64,000 nucleotides of DNA from Candidatus Bathyarchaeota archaeon (GTDB taxonomy: Archaea; Thermoproteota; Bathyarchaeia; Bathyarchaeales; Bathycorpusculaceae): contig CAVYES010000005.1 in assembly GCA_963767735.1 (NCBI GenBank), forward strand, positions 352,001 through 416,000, written 5' to 3'. A program made the translations under genes and the position numbers. Positions 48,929-58,428 of the stretch are shown in pieces (the first letter of the stretch is position 1; each line of letters opens with the position of its first letter). Under the pieces are notes generated by a model. It saw nothing but the letters and a program-made list of their open reading frames with translations. It made no database searches and was not told the DNA's origin.

Positions 48929-49708
48929 TTGGGTAAAAAAGGAAAAACAGCAAGGCTGAAACGTAAGCCAGCTCCAAGGTTCTGGCCAATTCACAGAAAA
49001 GAACTGCCCTGGATAGTGAAGCCCTCATCTGGTTCTCACTCGCTCCAGAGTTGTCTACCATTAACGCTTGTTCTTCGAGACATTCTTGGCATTGCGCAAA
49101 CAAGGAAAGAAGGCAAATTGATACTTGCTCAAGGCAAAGTACAGGTTGACGGGAAAGTCAGGAAAAAAGATGATTTTCCAGTCGGCTTGATGGATGTTAT
49201 CTCCATGCCTGATGCAAACAAGTATTACCGTGTAATGCCGTCAAATAAGGGACTGGTTTTAAATCCAATAAGCAAGGAAGAAGCAAACTTCAAACTACTC
49301 CGCGTTGAAGACAAAACAACTGTTAAAAACGGCATGCAAATCGCACTTCATGACGGCTCAAACATGCTCATAAAAGTTGCAGACCCGAAAAAACCAGCAG
49401 AAGTCACATACGACACTTTTGACATTCTAAAAATCTCTTATCCAGAAAAACAAGTGGTTCTTAGCTTGAAAACCAAGGAAGGAAACTTAGCAGTGATTAC
49501 TGGCGGAAAAAACATTGGCAAACAAGGCAAAATAGTTGAAATAGAAAAGACTGAGGCTAAAAAACGAAGGCAAGCCCTAGTAGTTATAGAAGACGCGAGC
49601 GGTGTTCGTTACCAAACAATCTTAGACTTCATCTTTTCCATAGGTGAAGCTGAACCACTAATAGGTGTACACGGAGGCATCTGCAGTTGTCTGAGGAAGA
49701 AGCTTTAG
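48929..49708 (+). CDS. rps4e: 30S ribosomal protein eS4
   Basis: LKRKPAPRFWPI, FPVGLMDVI, LHDG, ITGGKNIG. Confidence 0.95.
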   Translation: MGKKGKTARLKRKPAPRFWPIHRKELPWIVKPSSGSHSLQSCLPLTLVLRDILGIAQTRKEGKLILAQGKVQVDGKVRKKDDFPVGLMDVISMPDANKYYRVMPSNKGLVLNPISKEEANFKLLRVEDKTTVKNGMQIALHDGSNMLIKVADPKKPAEVTYDTFDILKISYPEKQVVLSLKTKEGNLAVITGGKNIGKQGKIVEIEKTEAKKRRQALVVIEDASGVRYQTILDFIFSIGEAEPLIGVHGGICSCLRKKL

Positions 49709-50229
49709 TTAAGAGCTGGGAAGAGCATCCAATGCTTAAGCCCCGAATTGAAAAAGTCGTGGTGAACCTTAACGTTGGAAAATCAGGTGAGCCACTTGAA
49801 AAAGCCAATAAAGTGCTCAAAGAAATAACGGGTCAGACGCCGGTAAAGAAAAAAGCCAAAAAAACTATCCGTGACTTTGGCATACGTGAAGGAGAATCAA
49901 TCGCTGTTGTCGTAACACTGCGAAAGCAAAAGGCAATTGATTTCCTAAAGAAAGTGTTGCCTGTCGTGGATAACAAGATTTCAAAGTCTTCTTTTGATGT
50001 GCACGGTAACTTTGCTTTCGGTCTTAAAGAGCACATTGAAATTCCAGGTGTAAAATATGACCCTGAAATAGGCATCTTTGGAATGGATATTTGTGTTTCT
50101 GTTAATCGTCCAGGGCAACGAGTGAAAATTCGACGCAAAGAGAAGCAGAGCATTGGTCACAAGCACATGTTAACACCTGAAGAATCAATTATCTTCGTCA
50201 AACAAACGTTAGGAGTCGAAATCGTTTAA
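49687..50229 (+). CDS. rpl5: 50S ribosomal protein uL5
   Basis: IEKVVVN, FGIREGE, EHIEIPGVKYDPEIGIFGMD. Confidence 0.96.
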   Translation: MSEEEALVKSWEEHPMLKPRIEKVVVNLNVGKSGEPLEKANKVLKEITGQTPVKKKAKKTIRDFGIREGESIAVVVTLRKQKAIDFLKKVLPVVDNKISKSSFDVHGNFAFGLKEHIEIPGVKYDPEIGIFGMDICVSVNRPGQRVKIRRKEKQSIGHKHMLTPEESIIFVKQTLGVEIV

Positions 50230-50244
50230 ACAGAGGCTGAATGT

Positions 50245-50409
50245 ATGGGAAAACAACAATTGAAGAAAACACGAAAATACGGCAAAGGTTCACGACCATG
50301 CGTCAGATGCGGCTCTTATGGGCCAGTTATTCGACGGTACAATTTATATTTATGTAGGCACTGTTTCAGGGAAGCAGCCCCAAAACTTGGGTTCAAAAAA
50401 TATGAGTAG
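50245..50409 (+). CDS. rps14: 30S ribosomal protein uS14
   Basis: Manual translation ...[44 protein letters not shown]. Confidence 0.95.
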   Translation: MGKQQLKKTRKYGKGSRPCVRCGSYGPVIRRYNLYLCRHCFREAAPKLGFKKYE

Positions 50410-50422
50410 GAGCTAAAAAAAC

Positions 50423-50806
50423 ATGGACACTTTAACAAATGGTTTGATCACCATCGTAAACAATGAAATGCGAAACAAGCGTGAATGCATAATTAGTCCT
50501 GCCTCTAAACTTTTGGGGCGAGTCCTACGTATAATGCAGCTTAACGGTTACATAGGCGAATTCGAGTTTATCGACGATGGACGCTCTGGAAAATTCAAAG
50601 TTCAATTATTGGGCAGAATAAACAAGTGTGGACCAATTAAACCACGCTACCCAGCTAAAGTAGGCGAATTTGAAGATTGGGAAAAGAAGTACTTGCCCTC
50701 CAGAGACTTAGGAATAATGGTTGTTTCCACTTCAAAAGGCGTAATAGCACACAAGGATGCGGAAGAAAAGAACATTGGAGGAAGGCTGTTAGCCTTCGTG
50801 TATTAG
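50423..50806 (+). CDS. rps8: 30S ribosomal protein uS8
   Basis: [31 protein letters not shown]. Confidence 0.96.
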   Translation: MDTLTNGLITIVNNEMRNKRECIISPASKLLGRVLRIMQLNGYIGEFEFIDDGRSGKFKVQLLGRINKCGPIKPRYPAKVGEFEDWEKKYLPSRDLGIMVVSTSKGVIAHKDAEEKNIGGRLLAFVY

Positions 50807-50817
50807 GGGTGTAATTT

Positions 50818-51363
50818 ATGCGGCTTCCAGAAATATCTAAAACTATTCAGGTTCCTGATAACGTAGACGTCAGCCTAGAAGGCAAAAAAGTCAACGTTAA
50901 AGGTGCCAAAGGGTCCTTAACACGCGACTTTTCCTTTGTTCCAATCGCAATAGAAGGCGAAGGCAAAAATATTCGCGTTTGGGCAAAGTGGCCACGCAAA
51001 AAGGAAGCCGCTCTTGTAGGAACAATAACCTCGCACATTCAAAACATGATTACTGGAGTAACAAAAGGCTACTCATACAAACTAAAAATCGTCTTCTCGC
51101 ACTTCCCAATTTCAGTAAAGATTCAAGACAAATTTATTTTGATTGAAAACTTTACTGGTGAACGCAGGGCACGCAGAATAAAAATAATCGGCGATGTCAA
51201 AGTGAAAATTGAACCTGAAGACATCATTGTTGAAGGCGTAAACTTGGAAGATGTAAGCCAAACCGCCGCTAACATTGAACAAGCTACAAGAGTAAGAAGC
51301 AAAGATCCACGTGTTTTCCTTGACGGCATATACGTGTATGAAAGAAATGAGGGAGTTGCCTAA
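50818..51363 (+). CDS. rpl6: 50S ribosomal protein uL6
   Basis: SHFPISV, KDPRVFLDGIYV. Confidence 0.96.
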   Translation: MRLPEISKTIQVPDNVDVSLEGKKVNVKGAKGSLTRDFSFVPIAIEGEGKNIRVWAKWPRKKEAALVGTITSHIQNMITGVTKGYSYKLKIVFSHFPISVKIQDKFILIENFTGERRARRIKIIGDVKVKIEPEDIIVEGVNLEDVSQTAANIEQATRVRSKDPRVFLDGIYVYERNEGVA

Positions 51364-51998
51364 TGACCGAAAAGATTGAAAAGAAACCATCACATATCAC
51401 AAAAAGCACTTAAAGTTAGAGCACGCGCTAAAAACAAGAAACCAGCATTCGTAAGAGCTGAAAGCTGGAAGTATGACAGGTTCAGCTATAAGTTGGCGAA
51501 GACCCAGAGGATTAGATAATAAGATTAGACGAAAAATCAAGGGTTGGCCAGCCAGGCGCAAGCGTTGGTTATAAGGGACCAAAAATCGCCAGAGGCTTGC
51601 ATCCATCAGGATACAGGGAAGTTTTAGTTTACAACGTAAAAGACCTATCCACTGTTGACCCTAATACTCAAGCCGCACGCATAGCGCACACAGTCGGCAA
51701 AAGAAAACGCGCCCTAATTATTGCCGAAGCCAAAAAACTTAACATTAAAATCTTAAATTTCAAAGCTTCACCAGAAGCCGAAAAGAAAGAAGAAGAAGCA
51801 GCTGAAGGCGAAGAACTGACAGAAGAGCAAAAGACGGAGAAAGAAGAGAAAGAAATAGAAGAAACCTTCAAAGAAGGCACACCAGTCGAAGCTGAAGATG
51901 AAGAGGCAGAGGAAGAAGAACAAGAAGAGGCACCGAAGAAAGAAAAAGCCTCAAAGAAAACCAAGCCTGAACCTGAGGAGGAAGAAGAGGAACAATGA
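51363..51998 (+). CDS. rpl32e: 50S ribosomal protein eL32 with acidic tail; about three frameshifts in the 5' half
   Basis: Fragments KKPAFVRAESWKY, WRRPRGLDNKIRRKIKGWP, VGYKGPKIARGLHPSGYREVLV. Confidence 0.88.
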
Positions 51999-52450
51999 CA
52001 GACCTAACGAGCCAGAGACGGTTAGCGGCTCAAATCTTAAAGATTGGGCAAAACCGCGTGTGGATTGATCCTGAACGAATGGATGATGTTGAAGGCGCAA
52101 TTACACGCGAAGAAGTAAGAAAGCTAATTCATGAGAAAATCATCGATTCTCTGCCTGAGAAAGGCGTAAGCAGATCCAGAGCAAAAATTATCCGCGAGAA
52201 AAAGCTTAAGGGCAGGCGCAGCGGTCCCGGCAGCATCACTGGCGCTGGCTACGCTAAGGTAACTAAGAAAGAGGCATGGATGAAAAAGATCAGGTCTCTG
52301 AGGCGCAAGCTTCGCGAGTTGAAGGCAAGCAGAATCATAACTGAAAAAACATACAGCCAATATTACAGGATGGCTGGCAGCGGCAGGTTCCAGTCTATAG
52401 CTGAACTGGAGCGCAATTTAAAAGCTAATGATTTATGGAGGAAACGTTAA
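51995..52450 (+). CDS. rpl19e: 50S ribosomal protein eL19
   Basis: QRRLAAQILKIGQNRVWIDP, GRRSGPGS. Confidence 0.96.
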   Translation: MTDLTSQRRLAAQILKIGQNRVWIDPERMDDVEGAITREEVRKLIHEKIIDSLPEKGVSRSRAKIIREKKLKGRRSGPGSITGAGYAKVTKKEAWMKKIRSLRRKLRELKASRIITEKTYSQYYRMAGSGRFQSIAELERNLKANDLWRKR

Positions 52451-52451
52451 G

Positions 52452-53303
52452 ATGGCAAAAAGCGGCAATTACCGTGTGCAATTAAGACGCAGACGGGAAG
52501 GAAAAACTGATTACCAAGCGCGTAAGGCTCTGGTTACTTCTAGAAAGCCTCGGCTTGTCACTCGAGCATCATTAAAGAATGTTACAGTTCAAATAACGAT
52601 GGCTAAACCGCATGGTGACGAGGTTTTAGCTTCAGCCAACAGCCGTGAACTCATCAAAAACTACGGTTGGAAGGCTCCAACAGGCAATATTCCCGCAGCC
52701 TATCTTACAGGTTTACTTTGCGGTTTAAAGGCGAAAGCTAAAGGCATTGAACAAGCAATCTTGGATATTGGCTTAATCTCTCCCACTAAAGGCTCAAAAA
52801 TCTTCGCTGTTCTAAGCGGAGTTTTGGATGCTGGCGTCGATGTTCCTCACAGTGAAGAGAAGATTGTTAAGGAACGCATGAAAGGCGAACACATAGCAAA
52901 GTACGCTAAAACGTTAGGCTCTGGCTCTGAAGAGTATACTGCCAAATTCTCAAAGTACACAGCGCAAGGAGTTGCACCTGAAAAAATCTCTGAACAATTC
53001 ACCAAAGTTAAGGCTCAAATTACAGATTCATTTAAGACTGGAAAACAGGTAGTTCCAGAGAAAAAGGCTCCTGTCCAGGAAAAAGCTCCAGTGCACGAAG
53101 AAGAGGTTGCTCCTGTGGAAGAAAAAAAGCCGTCTGCTAAAAAAGTAACAAAGCCAAAGCCTGCGGCGATTCTATCTAAACTAAAAGCACCTAAGGCTCT
53201 GAAAGCAACAAAGAGAAAGCGCCAAAAGAAGAAAAGGCAAGTAAGAAAGGTGAAAAGAAAGCATGAGTCGTTCAGGTCAAATGCAAAGAGAAAGACAAAC
53301 TAA
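52452..53303 (+). CDS. rpl18: 50S ribosomal protein uL18 with K/E-rich tail (tail probably frameshifted; true end uncertain)
   Basis: RRRREGKTDYQAR, NIPAAYLTG, AILDIGL. Confidence 0.92.
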   Translation: MAKSGNYRVQLRRRREGKTDYQARKALVTSRKPRLVTRASLKNVTVQITMAKPHGDEVLASANSRELIKNYGWKAPTGNIPAAYLTGLLCGLKAKAKGIEQAILDIGLISPTKGSKIFAVLSGVLDAGVDVPHSEEKIVKERMKGEHIAKYAKTLGSGSEEYTAKFSKYTAQGVAPEKISEQFTKVKAQITDSFKTGKQVVPEKKAPVQEKAPVHEEEVAPVEEKKPSAKKVTKPKPAAILSKLKAPKALKATKRKRQKKKRQVRKVKRKHESFRSNAKRKTN

Positions 53304-53916
53304 CTTAGAAACATGGGTTCCAAAAACCCGTTTAGGCAAGATGATTCAGGAAGGCAAAATAACAACCATCGAAGACGTCTTCCTTAGCGGCATAAAAATT
53401 TCTGAAGCCCAAATCGTTGACTCGTTGATTCCTGATCTTCAAGAAGAAGTCATAAACGTTAACCTAGTGCAGAAGCAAACTGACGCTGGCGAAAAATCCC
53501 GTTTCAAAGCCATAGTTGCCGTTGGAAACAGAGACGGCTACATCGGCTTAGGCTCAGGAAAAGCCAGCCAAGTGCGAAACGCCATCGAGAAGGCTGCTGT
53601 GAATGCTCGCTTAAACATTATTCCAGTAAAACGCGGATGCGGAAGTTGGGAGTGCGGTTGCGGTAAACCTCATTCAGTTCCGTTCCAAGTTGAAGGGAAA
53701 TGCGGCGGCGTACGAGTGGTTATTGTTCCAGGACCAAGAGGCTTAGGCTTAGTTTCAAGCGAAGTAGCCAAAGTCATCTTCGGCTTAGCAGGCGTGAAAG
53801 ACCTGTGGATGAGAAGCTACGGTTCAACACGAACAGTGCCGTCTTACGCATGCGCGATCTTTGATGGTTTACGGAAGACCTATAATTTGATTACTCAAGT
53901 GGACTGGGTGAAGTAA
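53263..53916 (+). CDS. rps5: 30S ribosomal protein uS5
   Basis: WVPKTRLG, QKQTDAGE, RGCGSWEC, PGPRGLGL. Confidence 0.96.
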   Translation: MSRSGQMQRERQTNLETWVPKTRLGKMIQEGKITTIEDVFLSGIKISEAQIVDSLIPDLQEEVINVNLVQKQTDAGEKSRFKAIVAVGNRDGYIGLGSGKASQVRNAIEKAAVNARLNIIPVKRGCGSWECGCGKPHSVPFQVEGKCGGVRVVIVPGPRGLGLVSSEVAKVIFGLAGVKDLWMRSYGSTRTVPSYACAIFDGLRKTYNLITQVDWVK

Positions 53917-53917
53917 G

Positions 53918-54406
53918 ATGGCGCAGAAAACTGAAGAATGCAAATGCCTCGTCGTCGTTAGAATTCGCGGTCTCGTAAGCGCCCAGAAAGAAACACGAGA
54001 AACCCTGCAATTCCTGCATCTACTGCACACTAACCACGCAGTGCTCATAGACAGCCGCCCGGCATACAAAGGAATGCTGCAACGCGTAAACAGCTACATC
54101 ACCTACGGCGAACCCACAAAAGAAACCGTTGCCATGATGCTTCAGAAACGCGCAAGGTTAGCAGGCGACAAAAAACTAACAGACGAATACATCCAGAAAG
54201 CAGGCTACAAATCAGTCGATGACCTAGCAGAAGCCATAGTAAACTGCAAAGTGCAATTCCAAAAACTGCCCGATGTTCAGCCATTATTCAAGTTGCATCC
54301 GCCAAGCAAAGGCTACAAAGGCAAAACCAAAAGAGGCTTCAACGCAGGCGGCGAAGCAGGCTACCGCGGAGAAGAAATAAACGAACTAGTAAAACGCATG
54401 ATCTAA
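53918..54406 (+). CDS. rpl30: 50S ribosomal protein uL30
   Basis: VVRIRG, LHPPSKG, GYRGEEINELVKRM. Confidence 0.95.
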   Translation: MAQKTEECKCLVVVRIRGLVSAQKETRETLQFLHLLHTNHAVLIDSRPAYKGMLQRVNSYITYGEPTKETVAMMLQKRARLAGDKKLTDEYIQKAGYKSVDDLAEAIVNCKVQFQKLPDVQPLFKLHPPSKGYKGKTKRGFNAGGEAGYRGEEINELVKRMI

Positions 54407-54602
54407 CCGCTGCTAAAACCCATTTCTTCCTCATTTTATTTTAACTTCGATTACTTAAATACTTTCAGGTTTTGATCTAAAAAGGACATTTGCATTGAGT
54501 AAAACTGCTGAAGCTGAGGACTTATCTCCTGTCGTCGTGGCTGTTTTGCGGGTGGCTGAATTGTAGGTGTCCGTTTTCGGCGTAGGTGTATTGTTGTTGG
54601 GT

Positions 54603-54749
54603 TTAGTTGTTGGCGTAGTTGGTGGCGGCTGGGAAATGGTTGGTCACTTTGCGTGGGTAGCTTCTGCTTTTGAAGTATCCTCTGGAAACTGCCTGGTCAA
54701 CTTTCTTGAGGAGTTCCGCGGAGAACCGCGAAGTTATGACCTCTTCCAT
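54603..54749 (-). pseudogene. Ribbon-helix-helix (CopG-like) regulator remnant
   Basis: MEEVITSRFSAELLKKVDQAVSRGYFKSRS, then similarity is lost. Confidence 0.55.
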
Positions 54750-55023
54750 GCAAAACCGCCAATGTAAACATTTTGAATACAACAATAAACTTCATTGGAC
54801 AACAAAAAACTCCCGCTCAAACAGCAACTGCTAAAAAAACCGGTGCCACACACGATTTCAGCACCAAGCAACCTCAAAAAACGAAAACTCGCCCATAAAC
54901 GAAACCGCCACTTTCCACTCATTCATCATTTTCATGGGTAAACTGCTTCATGGCTGATGCGTGTTTTCTCACTGTTTATGTGCGATACGTTTTATAGTGG
55001 GAGTGGAGAAATTCGTTAGTTAA

Positions 55024-55500
55024 TTGGAGGGGGAAAGACACACGAGTGCAAAATGGCGTAGAAGCACAAAAAACCGTAATTGGCTAGATTTTAACCACCG
55101 CGCACCAAAAAGCAAAAAACAACGATTAATTCAACCCGAGCATGCTTACCGTCTAAAATCAATATCTGTTCACCCAAACTTTCGGCCATCTAAAAGCTTT
55201 GCTGAACGCAATTTTCAAGAGCCAAAACCGTTAATCGATATATTCCAAGAAAATAATTATATAACGGTTGTAGCGGAAATCGCAGGCTTTAATAAAGACA
55301 CCCTCAAAATTCATGTAAAGAATCAAAAAATTATTCTCTCGGCGAAATCGAAAGACCGCAGATACTATAAAAGTTTAAATCTTCCGAAGGTAGTGATTCC
55401 AGACATCATGTACACCAAATTCAAGAATGGTGTGCTAGAAATCAAACTTAAAAAAGCTGAAACAGCAATAAATAAAGAAGCTGATCAAAATGCCGCATAA
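55024..55500 (+). CDS. Hsp20/alpha-crystallin-domain protein with basic N-terminus
   Basis: PLIDIFQE...VVAEIAGF...YYKSLNLP...FKNGVLEIKLKK. Confidence 0.82.
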   Translation: MEGERHTSAKWRRSTKNRNWLDFNHRAPKSKKQRLIQPEHAYRLKSISVHPNFRPSKSFAERNFQEPKPLIDIFQENNYITVVAEIAGFNKDTLKIHVKNQKIILSAKSKDRRYYKSLNLPKVVIPDIMYTKFKNGVLEIKLKKAETAINKEADQNAA

Positions 55501-55915
55501 ACTAAGAAAAATACGGAAATTTAGAGGTTCAAGAACACAAGGCTACGGAAGGATAGGCCAACACCGAGATTCAGGCTCCAAAGGGCACCGAAAAGTTGGA
55601 CGACACAAACACCTATGGAGTCTTGTCGTGACTAAAGAACCCGGTTACTTCGGTAAAAACGGCTTCACCTCACCCCAAAGTCTTCACCGCCACGAAAACA
55701 CGATTAACCTCAAAAAACTCGAAGAAATAGCACTAACAAGCCAACAGGAAAAACCTCAAATCGACCTAACAGCCTTAGGCTACACAAAACTTTTAGGCAC
55801 AGGTAAAGTCACAAAACCTCTAACCATACAAGTGTCATCATACTCAAAATCGGCAGCTGAAAAAATCAAAAAAGCAGGCGGAGAAATCTTAGGCTCCCCA
55901 GTCAACGGAGAGTAA
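55490..55915 (+). CDS. rpl15: 50S ribosomal protein uL15
   Basis: RKFRGSRTQGYGRIGQHR, YFGKNGF, KLLGTG. Confidence 0.95.
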   Translation: MPHKLRKIRKFRGSRTQGYGRIGQHRDSGSKGHRKVGRHKHLWSLVVTKEPGYFGKNGFTSPQSLHRHENTINLKKLEEIALTSQQEKPQIDLTALGYTKLLGTGKVTKPLTIQVSSYSKSAAEKIKKAGGEILGSPVNGE

Positions 55916-55924
55916 AGTTACTAA

Positions 55925-57358
55925 ATGCCCGGAAGATTCCTCAGCCTCTTCAAACCAATAGGAAGAGTTTTGCCCGAAATTAAAAAACCTGAGCGAAAGG
56001 TAAGTTTTAACGAGAAAATCTTCTGGACCGGGCTTGTCTTAATTATTTATCTTGTAATGGCTCAAATCCCGCTTTACGGTGTTTCAGCATCAGCCCAAAG
56101 CTCATTTAGTGCCTTGAGAGTTATTTTTGCCTCAAATAATGGAACTTTGATGCAGTTAGGCATCGGACCTATCGTTACGGCTGGTTTGATTCTGCAGTTG
56201 CTTGCTGGCTCCTCCATCATTGAATGTGACATGTCAAATGCTGAGGATAGAGGATTATTCACTTCTGCAAGTAAAGTGTTCACCGTTGTTCTCACTGCTA
56301 TTCAGGCTTCTGCGTACCTTATCAGCGGCATGTTCGGCACAATTACCGGAGCTGCAACAATAGTTATTTTCGTGGAACTCATCAGCGCCGGAGTAATTGT
56401 CATGTTAATGGATGAACTCGTTCAGAAAGGCTGGGGACTAGGCAGCGGAATCAGCTTGTTTATCATGGCTGGCGTTGCCCAAAGTGTTCTGTGGGACACA
56501 TTTTCGCCGACCACCGGTCTGTTTGTAGGTTCTCTTTCAGCTTGGCTAAGCAAAGGGCAGACGTTTTTGGCTTGGGCATTTGGAAGTGCATCTGGAGTTT
56601 ATCCGTCTTTACTCGGATTCTTTGCTACTATCGGAGTCTTTTTGGTCGTTATTTATTTGAATGGAGTCAGAATTGAGCTTCCAATGAGTTATGCTGGATA
56701 CAAAGGCTTCAGAAGCAGGTATCCAATTAAACTACTGTACGTTTCTAACCTTCCAGTAATATTTGCATCAGCATTGTTTGCAAACGTTTACTTCTTCTCA
56801 GAATTATTATGGAGCTCTCAGGGCCGTCCTGCTCCAGGTCACAGTCTCTTATTCTCAATAATAGGTCAATTCAACACAACAACTTCAGGTACAGGAAGTA
56901 GTGCTTCAACCAGTATCGTGCCTGTAGGCGGACTTGCTTTCTTTACCACTGCACCAGCAAATATTGAACAAGTTCTGCTTAACCCGTTAAGGGCTGCAGC
57001 TTACCTCGGTATTCTTGTGGCTTTCTGCGCCGTTTTCTCGCTAATTTGGCTTGAGGTTGGCGGTTTAGGCCCCTCAAAAGTTGCGAAGCAGCTTATGGAT
57101 TCGGGCATGCAGATTCCTGGTTACCGAAGGTCAGGAAGACCCATAGAAGCTGTTCTCAAACGTTACATCCCCGTAGTCACGGTTCTGGGCGGAATCATCG
57201 TTGGGCTAGTAGCTGCAACTGCAGATTTCTTTGGCGCCTTCGGAACAGGCACAGGCATCTTGCTGTCAGTAGGTATCATTTACCAGTATTATGAGTTGTT
57301 AATGCAAGAAAGAGCAGCCGAAATGTATCCAGCCTTCAGAAGAATCCTTGGAGAATAA
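55925..57358 (+). CDS. secY: Preprotein translocase SecY (Sec61-alpha)
   Basis: LMQLGIGPIVTAG, GLGSGISLFI, YPIKLLYVSNLP, IPGYR, GTGILL. Confidence 0.97.
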   Translation: MPGRFLSLFKPIGRVLPEIKKPERKVSFNEKIFWTGLVLIIYLVMAQIPLYGVSASAQSSFSALRVIFASNNGTLMQLGIGPIVTAGLILQLLAGSSIIECDMSNAEDRGLFTSASKVFTVVLTAIQASAYLISGMFGTITGAATIVIFVELISAGVIVMLMDELVQKGWGLGSGISLFIMAGVAQSVLWDTFSPTTGLFVGSLSAWLSKGQTFLAWAFGSASGVYPSLLGFFATIGVFLVVIYLNGVRIELPMSYAGYKGFRSRYPIKLLYVSNLPVIFASALFANVYFFSELLWSSQGRPAPGHSLLFSIIGQFNTTTSGTGSSASTSIVPVGGLAFFTTAPANIEQVLLNPLRAAAYLGILVAFCAVFSLIWLEVGGLGPSKVAKQLMDSGMQIPGYRRSGRPIEAVLKRYIPVVTVLGGIIVGLVAATADFFGAFGTGTGILLSVGIIYQYYELLMQERAAEMYPAFRRILGE

Positions 57359-57489
57359 GCCAAAACAGGTTAGCCTTAAAAATCTCCTTTTTATGGTTTA
57401 ATTTATTTTAGTCTAAAAGAGATTCTGGGTTTACCTTTCGGCGGAAACATTTCATTTTTACTCAACCCTCCACTACTATAGAGTGCAGT

Positions 57490-58217
57490 TTGATTCGAGA
57501 AATGAAGGTTGAACAAGGAAGTATAGCTGATTGGCGTAAACTCAGCTTTTTTCATTATCGCGGGCACACCCTCGCCGTTCCGCGCAAGATTTTCAGATTA
57601 ACGCGTGGCGAGGAGTTGTGCGGTGTGATTGTTTATAGTTATCCTCCTCCAAGCTGCTACGGAAGACGCCTTGTGCTTCCACGCATGATCATCCAGGAAA
57701 TGAACAAACAACAAAGCATCATCAGCTGAGTGGTTATCCATCCAAAATACCGAACGATAGGCTTAGGCACCAAAATAATCCATGAAGCCCTTCCGATAGT
57801 AGCCACGATATATGTGGAGTTGATTGCTGTTATGGCAAAGTATTCGCCTTCTGCTGAAAAGGCAGGCATGCGAAAAATCGTTGAACAGGAATCAGTAGAA
57901 AGTGTTTCAGACGTCTCTATGATGCTTACTGGGTTGGGTTTCGACTTACCAACTTTTAGGCAGCGAACGTTATGTCAAAGAAAAACTTCAAACTCTAAAT
58001 CCTGCACACTTAGACAAGGTTAAAGAATCGTTAATTAAGAATCAGCATCCCATGCTCAAGAAGGAGTTTGCGGATAGCCGAAATAAGCCTTATGGAAAAA
58101 CATCGGATTACATGCAAAGCATTCAGAATGCAGAAATACCGAAAATTGGAAAACTCATAAAACTTGTCAGCGTACTTTCGCAAACGAAGGTTTACTTGTT
58201 TTGGGAAAGAAAATAAC
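57490..58217 (+). pseudogene. GNAT acetyltransferase domain of COG2401 type (ABC-ATPase-associated), disrupted
   Basis: WRKLSFFHYR, GVIVYSYPP, IS*VVIHPKYRTIGLG, AVMAKYSP..EKAGM; TGA at 57727-57729 where Arg is expected, plus a frameshift. Confidence 0.72.
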
Positions 58218-58428
58218 AAGATATTACGAAAAGTCATTTTTAACCTGTTTTACTCAATTTTAGTTAGTAAGGTTTAGTGAAAAGGAGCGGGTATTGGAAA
58301 AAAGTTTGTTTTCTGAAAAAATTTCCTCTGAAAAGCAAAAACGGTTATTAACAAGGAAACAAGATACGCATACTGTTCCAAGAGGAAACTGCGGTGATTG
58401 TTAAGGAATAATGGAAGGAGAATGACAT

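Noticed and set aside
48318-49103. Long antisense ORFs here and opposite cimA, ilvD and hsp20
   Set aside because: Shadow frames of real genes or of low-complexity repeats
46726-53303. Frameshifts in rpl29, rpl24, rpl32e and the rpl18 tail (also near 1363, 20398 and 24655) as programmed frameshifting or pseudogenes
   Set aside because: They are single-base indels scattered through essential genes with no shared slippery motif; long-read assembly error is far more likely
57727-57729. In-frame TGA as selenocysteine or recoding
   Set aside because: The position corresponds to a conserved Arg (CGA to TGA), and TGA is used as a stop elsewhere in the window
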